DNA from: an uncultured Chloroflexia bacterium
Lineage (GTDB): Bacteria; Chloroflexota; Anaerolineae; Anaerolineales; UBA11858
Reading direction: 5' to 3'
Length of the DNA stretch: 64,000 bases
Assembly: GCA_963712165.1 (NCBI GenBank)
Contig: CAVQGY010000002.1
Span: 1,094,611 to 1,158,610 of the forward strand
The notes beneath the pieces are model-generated. The model was not told where the DNA came from. It worked only from the letters and a program-made list of their open reading frames with translations, and made no database searches. How positions within the stretch are numbered: the stretch's first letter is position 1; the number at the start of each line of letters is the position of its first letter. Positions 28,434 through 36,151 of this stretch are shown in pieces. The position numbers and the translations under genes were made by a program.

Positions 28434-29408
28434 CTATCCATAGCCATTAGGATGTGTCTGATGCCATTCCCAGGCGCTGGCGATGATGTCCTTTAGATCC
28501 GGGATTTGCGGCTCCCAACCCAATTCCAACTTGATCTTCTCCGAAGAGGCCACCAGGCGGGGGGAATCCCCCGGTCTTCTGGGTGTCTCCTCAGCCGGGA
28601 TGGGGTGGCCCGTGACCTGGCGGGCAGTTTCGATCACTTCGCGGACCGAGTAGCCTTTCCCGTTGCCCAGGTTGTAGACCAGTTTTTCCTGATCTTCAAG
28701 GGCGTCCAGGGCTAACAGGTGAGCGGAGATCAGGTCTGCGATGTGGATGTAATCTCGGATGCAGGTGCCATCCGGGGTGGGATAGTCGGTCCCGAAGATC
28801 TTGATCCCCTGTCGTTGACCAAGGGGGACCTGGAGCACGAGGGGGATGAGATGGGACTCAGGCTGGTGGGCCTCACCCTGGTCAGGCAGGGCGCCGGCGG
28901 CGTTGAAATAGCGCAAAGCGGCGAACTTCAGGCCGAAGATCTCCCGGTAGAAATCCAGCACTTCCTCGATCATCAATTTGGTGTGGCCGTAGACGTTGAT
29001 CGGCCCCAGCGGGGAGTCTTCGTCGAGCGGCTGTTCCGAGGACTGATAAACCGCGGCTGTGGAGGAGAGCACAAAGCGCTTCAGGCCAGCCCGGGATGCG
29101 GCGTCGATCAGGTTGACCGAGTTGGCCAGATTGTTGTGGTAGAAGGAGGCCGGGTCCTTCATGGATTCGCCAGCTTCAATAAAAGCCGCGAAATGCATCA
29201 CTGCCTCAAACTGGTCCGTTGCCAGGGCGGCCTGAATATCGGCCTTGTTTGCCAGGTCGCCCTGGATGAAGGCGGCGCCATCCGGGACCGCCGCCCGGTA
29301 TCCGGTGACCAGGGAATCGTAAACAGTGACCTGATGCCCGGCCTCGATCAGTTTAGTGGCTGCCGCGGAGCCGATATAACCAGCTCCTCCGGTGAGGAAG
29401 ATCTTCAT
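28434..29408 (-). CDS. galE: UDP-glucose 4-epimerase
   Basis: MKIFLTGGAGYIGS, the catalytic-Tyr motif YGHTK, LRYFNAAGA. Confidence 0.92.
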   Translation of the reverse strand: MKIFLTGGAGYIGSAAATKLIEAGHQVTVYDSLVTGYRAAVPDGAAFIQGDLANKADIQAALATDQFEAVMHFAAFIEAGESMKDPASFYHNNLANSVNLIDAASRAGLKRFVLSSTAAVYQSSEQPLDEDSPLGPINVYGHTKLMIEEVLDFYREIFGLKFAALRYFNAAGALPDQGEAHQPESHLIPLVLQVPLGQRQGIKIFGTDYPTPDGTCIRDYIHIADLISAHLLALDALEDQEKLVYNLGNGKGYSVREVIETARQVTGHPIPAEETPRRPGDSPRLVASSEKIKLELGWEPQIPDLKDIIASAWEWHQTHPNGYG

Positions 29409-29679
29409 AGACCCTGCTCCTTTTTAGGTGACATTCATTCATAGTCTACCATTTTTATGCAATAATAAGGTTATCAGCCCGGTCCAAGGGGATCTGATTG
29501 GCCTGCTGATACAAAAGCGATTTTTGTGCTGGAACAGGAGTGGTTATTTCCGGATGGATCTGGATGTGGTCATCACCAAGGAAATAACTACCAGCACATG
29601 GTAGATCGTGGGTGGAGTGAAGAGAAACGGGGATCACTTTCAAGGATTTTCTCGTAAAATATTTTTTGAGAGATAAAGT

Positions 29680-30588
29680 ATGGCTAAAAAATATAAAGTT
29701 CTTAAACCCCCCGGGGAATTGATAGATGTCAATGGCCGCAACGTTCATATCCAGCGAATCGGCTTGGGTTCTCCAACTGTACTTTTCGAATCTGGGATCT
29801 TCAGTTATTCGTTGGCATTCCACAGAGTTCAACGGGTAATATCGGAACATACCAGTACGATCAGCTATGATCGAGCTGGGCTTGGTTATAGTGATCCAAG
29901 CTCTAATCCGATCAGGATTTGGTCTGCATTTGTTGATGAGTTATCCGTTCTTTTGGATACTTTAAGTATTTCTGAGCCGATTGTCCTGGTGGGCTGGTCC
30001 GCAGGCGCTCAATTTATCCGCAATTTTGCGGACAGATTTCCAGAGAGAGTAGCGGGATTGGTCCTGATAGATAGTTCTGTTGATAATCTGAGCGATGCTT
30101 TTCCAGATGATATATCTCAAATCAATGAAAAGAGCGATCAGGATAGAAATGAGGAGTTCATACGTCTGTCCAAGCTCTCTAGAGAAAAAATATTGAATGA
30201 ATTCAAGGAAAACCCTCCCTGGATAAATCATCACCCAGATACATACAGCTACTATGAGGATCTGGCAGGTCCGGAAAATTTCAAGTATTTCCTCCAGCTG
30301 CGGTCCTTTTGGTTAGAGGAGGAGAAAAAAGGAGATAGAGTGGTCAGGACTTTGGGGGATATCCCGATGAATGTTATTTATGCGATCGATGAAATATACC
30401 CGCCATATTCACAGGAGCAGATCGACATAATGAATAATATCTGGAGGCAAGCTCAAAAGGAATTAGCAGGACTTTCAACACAACATCGATTGATTGAAGT
30501 TGTCTGTGGACATGATATTGCGAATGAAAAACCAGAAGTGGTCATTGATGCAGTCATTGATATAATTAATCAAGTGAGGCGGGTTTGA
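29680..30588 (+). CDS. alpha/beta-fold hydrolase
   Basis: Nucleophile elbow GWSAGAQ, LVLIDSS, and C-terminal GHDIANEKPE (His). The gene is visibly AT-richer than its neighbours. Confidence 0.85.
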   Translation: MAKKYKVLKPPGELIDVNGRNVHIQRIGLGSPTVLFESGIFSYSLAFHRVQRVISEHTSTISYDRAGLGYSDPSSNPIRIWSAFVDELSVLLDTLSISEPIVLVGWSAGAQFIRNFADRFPERVAGLVLIDSSVDNLSDAFPDDISQINEKSDQDRNEEFIRLSKLSREKILNEFKENPPWINHHPDTYSYYEDLAGPENFKYFLQLRSFWLEEEKKGDRVVRTLGDIPMNVIYAIDEIYPPYSQEQIDIMNNIWRQAQKELAGLSTQHRLIEVVCGHDIANEKPEVVIDAVIDIINQVRRV

Positions 30589-30610
30589 GGTTTGGAGATT
30601 GGAGCTTATT

Positions 30611-31108
30611 ATGAAGAAATCCTCCCTGATAGTCTTGCTATTCTTGCTGCTCATGGCCGGCTGCATCGAAATACCTCCCCAAAAACCAGCCATTCCTCCG
30701 GAAGATCCTGACCGGCCGGAAGCTGCCGCCCGGATGTTCTTTGATGCCTTAAATGTGGGGGATTACCAGGCTGCTGCCGACCTCTACGGAGGATCTTATG
30801 AAGTTCTGGTTGGCATGAACCCCGATCTTGATCCCAATGATGGACCGGCCCTTTTGGCTCAAGGATGTCAATTCAACGGTTTTACCTGCCTGCGGATGGG
30901 AGAGGTGCTGTCTGGCGAAGAAACCAACCCTGGAGAATATGACCTGGTAGTCCAATTCCAAACTGCCAGCGGGGATATCTTCCAGCTGGGTCCCTGCTGC
31001 GGGGCGGATGAGACTGAGATGCCCCCGGTCTCTGAATTCCCCATCCGGATAATCAGTGATGAGACCGGCGCCTTAAAGGTTCTGGACCTGCCCCCTTATG
31101 TGCCTTGA
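30611..31108 (+). CDS. hypothetical lipoprotein
   Basis: MKKSSLIVLLFLLLMAGC contains a lipobox. ATG 30611 follows GGAG. No family recognised. Confidence 0.7.
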   Translation: MKKSSLIVLLFLLLMAGCIEIPPQKPAIPPEDPDRPEAAARMFFDALNVGDYQAAADLYGGSYEVLVGMNPDLDPNDGPALLAQGCQFNGFTCLRMGEVLSGEETNPGEYDLVVQFQTASGDIFQLGPCCGADETEMPPVSEFPIRIISDETGALKVLDLPPYVP

Positions 31109-31263
31109 ACCCATCCCGGATCCGACCCAGAATAATACTATGGGCGCAAGAACGATCATCCACAGTATCCCATCCTGATCCTCCCCCAATTTTCCTGAAG
31201 ATGCGGGTAAAATTCACCTATCCACCCACATAACCATTTTAACCCCCCTGATGAGGTTCTCCT

Positions 31264-32175
31264 ATGCGATCCATTCATTCCTCCGCTGACCGGGTACCGG
31301 GTCTAGTGCTGATCCTGCTCCTGGCGGCCACCCTGACAGCCTGCAACCTGCCGACTCGGGGCGAGCCAGCAACCGCAACGGATATTCCCCCCATGGGGGA
31401 TCTTAACCTGCTGGCCACCCTGACCCAGCAGGCGGTTGAAAAGATGGTCAAGACCTCAACTGCCAGGCCCATCCCCAGCGAGACAGCTGTTCCAGCTGAA
31501 ACTTCTTTCCCGACGGGGTCCCCTTCAGCTTCTGCGCCAGTAGAGATCAAGTTCCGGCCGTGGGGTACTACCGCTTTTTACAAAGGGGAGATCAGCCCCG
31601 GCCAACAGTTGGTCTATACCTATGAGGCAGGGGGAGGACAGACCCTGCTAGCGGCGGTTACCTCGAATGATCAGGATGTTATTTTTGAGATCAAGGGCTT
31701 GAGCAACGGTAGTATATTGACTCCTTTCTCGGAGCGGTCCTCCTCGCTCGTAACCCAGCTGCCTGTTACAGGAGCTTATCAGATCACCCTCACCAGTGAA
31801 ACCGAGAATACCTATTTCCTGTCAGTGGAGATCCCGGCGGAGCTCTCACTAGGGGTGGGATCCGGTTTTTATACTGTGGATGGGCGGGTGGAGGTGCTGG
31901 AAGAATTCTATCCTGAGGTTATGACCAGGGTGCGCTACATCCTGGACCTGGAGGAGGGGACGATTTTTGACGTCCAGATCCAGTCGGATGGGATCGAAAA
32001 TCTGACCCTGGCGCTGACCGGTAAAGAGGACGGGGTACCTTATCTGCGGTATGTTGTCAAATCGGAATCCATTAATGATTTCCCGGTGATGGTTTCCCAG
32101 GAGTACTATCTGGATGTCTATTCGGTTTCGGCTGAGTCTGTGGATTATCAGCTAGAGATCGAAATTGGGGAGTGA
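31264..32175 (+). CDS. hypothetical lipoprotein
   Basis: Signal sequence and lipobox LLLAATLTAC. No family recognised. Confidence 0.7.
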   Translation: MRSIHSSADRVPGLVLILLLAATLTACNLPTRGEPATATDIPPMGDLNLLATLTQQAVEKMVKTSTARPIPSETAVPAETSFPTGSPSASAPVEIKFRPWGTTAFYKGEISPGQQLVYTYEAGGGQTLLAAVTSNDQDVIFEIKGLSNGSILTPFSERSSSLVTQLPVTGAYQITLTSETENTYFLSVEIPAELSLGVGSGFYTVDGRVEVLEEFYPEVMTRVRYILDLEEGTIFDVQIQSDGIENLTLALTGKEDGVPYLRYVVKSESINDFPVMVSQEYYLDVYSVSAESVDYQLEIEIGE

Positions 32176-32193
32176 GGGGTTAAACAGCAGGGA

Positions 32194-32226
32194 AGAGACC
32201 AGGTTTCTTAAAGAAACCTGGTCTCT
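32194..32226. terminator. perfect 16-bp palindromic hairpin
   Basis: AGAGACCAGGTTTCTT A AAGAAACCTGGTCTCT. Confidence 0.6.
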
Positions 32227-32384
32227 GGATATTGGGCACACTACCACCAGTTTTAATTCCTCACTCCGCTCGGGATGGATAAGTGCCACGGACACCGAGG
32301 ACTAACAATTTGTCATTCCTTTAGCCGGCTCATCGCCATTATTCAATAGGGCGACGCATCGCGTCACCCCTACATTATTTGTGG

Positions 32385-33401
32385 TCAGGCACACCTCCAC
32401 CAATCCTGGCCCTGGATTAACCCCAATTCCTCCAGGTTTGCCTGGATCAGCGGCGCGGCCGAGCGAGCTCGCACAGCTGTGAGCAGGATCGGATCCTGGA
32501 ATTTCCCCCACAGATCTAAGAGATCTTCTACCCCGATGATCGGCCGGCCTCTTTTCTCGCGGCCGATCTTCTTTTGATCAGCTTCCACGAAGGCGGTCAA
32601 TGGCAGGCCTTGCCGCTCGAGGTGTTTGCTCAGACGACGGCCGGTCATGCCTGCCCCCCAGACAATCACAGCATCCCGATCTTTTGCCGGCCCCCGGGCC
32701 AGATAATGGGCTTTTGCTCGTAAGAAATTTTCTAACGAGTACCTGGGATCTTGATGGGTCAGGCGTCCGGGATGCTCCCTCCAATAAAAAAGGACTTCTG
32801 GAACCTTTGCGAACTGTGCTCCGGCCAGGTATAACCGCAGCCAGAAGTCATAATCCTCCGGCCAGCCCCGATCCTGGTAGCCGCCCAGTTCCAAGGCCCG
32901 ATCCCGCCTGAAAGCCGCGCTGGGATTGGCGATGGGGCTTTCAACGAAGATCTCCCGGGTGATGTCCTCGTGGCTGATCAACTGGTTCAACCAATCGTAA
33001 TACAGCTGGAATCCCTCCCCGACCGCACCTGTGGGAAAACCTTCCACCAGGCAGGAGACCACAGTCAGTTCGGGATTTTCTATAAAAAAGTTACGCTGCT
33101 TCTCGATCCGCCGCGGGTGGCAGCGGTCGTCTGCGTCCATCCTGATGACGATTTCCCCCTGGCAGGTTTCCAATCCACGGTTGGCAGCACCTACCACTCC
33201 CCGGTGGGGTTCGGCTAGGACGGTGATGCGGGGATCCTTAGTCACATATTCTTCCAGGATCTCGAGGGTGTTGTCCGTCGAGCCGTCATCCACGCAGATG
33301 ATCTCAAAATCGGAATAGGTTTGGGCAAGGAGGGAATCCAGGGCTTCTTCCAGAGTGTCCCCGGCGTTAAAGCAAGGAAGAAGGATAGAGATGTCGAGCA
33401 T
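32385..33401 (-). CDS. family-2 glycosyltransferase with a C-terminal Rossmann-like extension
   Basis: ISILLPCFNAGDTLEEALDSLLAQTY.DFEIICVDDGSTD, RMDADD. C-terminal VIVWGAGMTGRRL. Confidence 0.85.
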   Translation of the reverse strand: MLDISILLPCFNAGDTLEEALDSLLAQTYSDFEIICVDDGSTDNTLEILEEYVTKDPRITVLAEPHRGVVGAANRGLETCQGEIVIRMDADDRCHPRRIEKQRNFFIENPELTVVSCLVEGFPTGAVGEGFQLYYDWLNQLISHEDITREIFVESPIANPSAAFRRDRALELGGYQDRGWPEDYDFWLRLYLAGAQFAKVPEVLFYWREHPGRLTHQDPRYSLENFLRAKAHYLARGPAKDRDAVIVWGAGMTGRRLSKHLERQGLPLTAFVEADQKKIGREKRGRPIIGVEDLLDLWGKFQDPILLTAVRARSAAPLIQANLEELGLIQGQDWWRCA

Positions 33402-33404
33402 TCC

Positions 33405-34652
33405 TCACTCTTCGGGATCCAGGATCTCCCGCGCCAGCTGGTTGAGTTCCTGGATCTCATCATCCGGGGTACCGCTGACTCGCCAGTAGGCGTCTAGCAG
33501 CTCCTGGGGGGTGAGTTCACCAACGGCCTGGTCCTGGCCCAGCCGCAAGCGAGGTTCATAAATGGGCGCTTTCTGGAAGTGGAATTCGAGTGTGCCGCTG
33601 GCTAATTCGCGAATGGCCGACTCGTCGAGCAGCGGCTCCCAGGATCGGGGATATTCCAGGACCAGGCGGAGAACAGCGCCTTCCAGCTTTTTCTCTCCTG
33701 GCAGGGCTTCCTGGATCTGACTGGTGATGTCCTCGCTGGACTCCAATTTCAAGCGCAGGTCCAGAAAAGAACGGATGCCCTTCAGCTCCCGCCAGTCGAG
33801 TTTGGTCTTACCTTTGCCCACATCGGCGATCATAAAGAATTTCTTGTCACTTGCTTCCCCGAAGTCCACTCTCTCGATCGATCCCGGGTAGACCACCGGG
33901 GGATGCTTTTTCGGATTGAGCTCTTGTTTTTTGTGGATGTGCCCCAGGGCTGTGTAATCCAGCCGGGGGTCGGCAGCGATCGATAAGGGCAGTACAAAAT
34001 CCCGTCCCAGGCTGACCGAACGTTCTCCCCCATAGACCGCGCCTTCGACAGTTGCGTGGGCTATCAGAACAGTGGGAATGTCCGGATCAGCTCCATCCAG
34101 CCAGCTTTCCAGGTCCTGGGCCAGTTTGTCTTCCAGGGCTTTATAAAGGGTATCTGTATCCCGGCTTCCGATCTCCAGGGAAGAGGCCATGGCAGAACGG
34201 GAGATCCAGGGCAGGGCGATAAGCTGGAAATCCAGGCTTTTTCCCTCCGGGGCCAACCGGGAAAGTTCCTCACGGCTGATGAATCCGGGCTGGTCAAGGA
34301 TCATCACCTGGGGGACCTGGAGGGTAGCGAACTCAGCCAGGGCATGGGCCCGGCCTGCTGCGGGAGAGATATCGTGGTTCCCCACCAACAGCAGGGTGGG
34401 GATTCCGGCCTGACTGAGGCGCATGATCCGTTTCCCCCATTCCCGTTGGTAGGTGGGGGCAGGATTCTGGTCCTTATAGGCGTCGCCGGCAAACAGGACG
34501 CAGTCAACTTCCTCCCTGATGGCGGTAGCGATGATCTCGTCCAGCGAATTCAGGAAATCATGCACCCGCAGCGGCAGCCCGCTGGACGGATCGCGCCGTC
34601 CATAAGTGGCGATGTCAATATGAGCATCAGCGAAGTGAAGGATTTTTGGCAT
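33405..34652 (-). CDS. SbcD/Mre11-like metallophosphoesterase nuclease
   Basis: ILHFADAHID, LFAGDAY, LLVGNHD, IAHATVEG, GHIH. No SbcC/Rad50-like gene is adjacent. Confidence 0.85.
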   Translation of the reverse strand: MPKILHFADAHIDIATYGRRDPSSGLPLRVHDFLNSLDEIIATAIREEVDCVLFAGDAYKDQNPAPTYQREWGKRIMRLSQAGIPTLLLVGNHDISPAAGRAHALAEFATLQVPQVMILDQPGFISREELSRLAPEGKSLDFQLIALPWISRSAMASSLEIGSRDTDTLYKALEDKLAQDLESWLDGADPDIPTVLIAHATVEGAVYGGERSVSLGRDFVLPLSIAADPRLDYTALGHIHKKQELNPKKHPPVVYPGSIERVDFGEASDKKFFMIADVGKGKTKLDWRELKGIRSFLDLRLKLESSEDITSQIQEALPGEKKLEGAVLRLVLEYPRSWEPLLDESAIRELASGTLEFHFQKAPIYEPRLRLGQDQAVGELTPQELLDAYWRVSGTPDDEIQELNQLAREILDPEE

Positions 34653-34706
34653 ATTTTAGTCAAGTGCGAGGGGGATCAAGTCCCTCCCCGGGACCTGATC
34701 GAAAGT

Positions 34707-36062
34707 TCATTCATCAAAGTTCAAAATACTGATCTGGTACAGGGCTGCCTGGAAGTTGGGATTGAGGTAGGCCGCGTAGTAAAGATCCTGCTTGGCCTGG
34801 GTTTTCTGTCCCAGGGCATAATAGGCAAGTCCACGCCAGTAAAAGCTCTCTTCGAGAGTGTCATCACCAATAGTGCTGAAGGTGAAATTCGCAAAATTGA
34901 TAACATCCTGGTAGCGGCCGCTATAATAATAAGCCCAGTAGGGAGCCGTCTGGTACCAGGTGATGCGGTAGGGGCGTACAGAATCATCTGCGACCAAACC
35001 GCCGTATACCTGGTAGGCCTGGTCAAAGGCTTCTCCGGCATCTAGATAGTGCCCCATTTTCACCAGGCTGGTGCCCTTGTTGAACCAGGCGAAAAACTTA
35101 TCCACGCCAGTGAGGGACTGAATCTCTTCTTCGGCAATTTCCAGGGCTTTGCCATAAGACCAAATGGGATCGCTGTATTGACCCAGAATTGAGTAGACTT
35201 TCTCCTGGTCAGCAGGTGGATAGACCACCATAAAAAAGTAATTGAATGAGCGCCAGCCTTCCAGGTAAGTCTGATAGTCCAATCTCGCATTTTTAAATTT
35301 AGTCAGCGGTTCATCCCTTAACCAGTTGGAGTCCTGCACGATAAATTCCTCAGAGTCATCGTCATAACCAGTAGTGTATTGATAATGCCCCAACCAGGCA
35401 AAAGTTCCTGTGTAATCTACCTCGTAGTATCCCTTTTCTACCAACACAGGATAGCCGTTGGCGATAAGAGTTTTTAGCACTTCCAGAGTCCCCCCATGGC
35501 GAGCTAAGATGTGATAATCGGTGTATTCTGCTACAAAGTCGATCATTTCAGAGGGACTGACGTTTTTATCCAGGCGCCCCTGCTGGATGAAGTCCAGGTC
35601 AGGGTCGTTGACTCCAGGTTTGACCACCCTGGCAATGTCGTCCCGGTCTCCGGGCCAGCCCCAGAATTTCAGGGCCATGGCCAGGTTAGATGGGCCGCAG
35701 TAGTTCCATCGTTCACGCTGGTCGACATAGACCACACCATCCAGGATGACAGATGTGGGCAGGGGCGTGGAAGTCTCCAGCGGTGTTTCACCAGACGGGG
35801 TCGGGTCAGGAACATCTATGGTGGGTTCGAGGGTGGGTGGAAGGGGAGTGATCACTGATGTGGTCTGAGGTGTGATCTCACCGGGTATGAATATGGCCTC
35901 GTCCGGCGGGTTGAAGGCGTAGGTGATGCGTGTTTTAAGCTCGTCGATTCGCCAGGAAAGCCTTTCGTAGACAAACGGGATCCGGTAAACCAGGTATGCT
36001 GCCAGGATCCCCAGGGGGATCAGGGCCAAAAGCCACCAGCGCCGGTTTCGTTTTATATTCAC
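34707..36062 (-). CDS. membrane-anchored peptidase-C39-like domain protein with C-terminal TPR-like repeats
   Basis: GTG start, N-terminal TM helix, NYCGPSNLAMALKFWGW, and C-terminal FYWRGLAYYALGQKTQAKQDLYYAAYLNPNF. The start codon is uncertain because no obvious RBS is present. Confidence 0.7.
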   Translation of the reverse strand: MNIKRNRRWWLLALIPLGILAAYLVYRIPFVYERLSWRIDELKTRITYAFNPPDEAIFIPGEITPQTTSVITPLPPTLEPTIDVPDPTPSGETPLETSTPLPTSVILDGVVYVDQRERWNYCGPSNLAMALKFWGWPGDRDDIARVVKPGVNDPDLDFIQQGRLDKNVSPSEMIDFVAEYTDYHILARHGGTLEVLKTLIANGYPVLVEKGYYEVDYTGTFAWLGHYQYTTGYDDDSEEFIVQDSNWLRDEPLTKFKNARLDYQTYLEGWRSFNYFFMVVYPPADQEKVYSILGQYSDPIWSYGKALEIAEEEIQSLTGVDKFFAWFNKGTSLVKMGHYLDAGEAFDQAYQVYGGLVADDSVRPYRITWYQTAPYWAYYYSGRYQDVINFANFTFSTIGDDTLEESFYWRGLAYYALGQKTQAKQDLYYAAYLNPNFQAALYQISILNFDE

Positions 36063-36111
36063 GAGGGAATTATAACATCACAAGGGTAAGGGATTGGATC
36101 CCTTATAATCC

Positions 36112-36142
36112 GAGACTTAGTCTTTTAAAAAGACTAAGTCTC
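36112..36142 (-). terminator. hairpin just downstream of ftsK
   Basis: GAGACTTAGTCTTT (36112-36125) / AAAGACTAAGTCTC (36129-36142). Confidence 0.55.
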
Positions 36143-36151
36143 TTAAGAAAC

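Noticed and set aside
28220-28447. 75-aa ORF ending in ...HQAHPNGYG
   Set aside because: Its C-terminus is simply the duplicated galE tail, and the rest reads through the repeat module. I treat it as a duplication scar rather than a gene.
28003-28470. Possible CRISPR array, because of the repeated units
   Set aside because: There are only 2-3 copies with a ~215-220 nt period. The repeats are >100 nt and include a gene 3' end. No cas genes are present. This is a tandem segmental duplication.
29455-29850. 131-aa minus-strand ORF between galE and the alpha/beta hydrolase
   Set aside because: It overlaps the well-supported hydrolase start by about 170 nt and has no recognisable domain or RBS. 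It may be a gene remnant, so it is kept only as a note in the findings.
32240-32384. GC hairpin GGGCGACGCATCGCGTCACCC and track ORF 32302-32511
   Set aside because: The ORF overlaps the 3' end of the GT2 gene and reads through an intergenic hairpin. The hairpin is probably just a terminator-like element for the GT2 operon.
34056-35045. 329-aa plus-strand ORF opposite the SbcD-like and C39/TPR genes
   Set aside because: It spans an intergenic gap between two well-supported minus-strand genes. Its composition is that of an antisense artefact, and no motifs are present.
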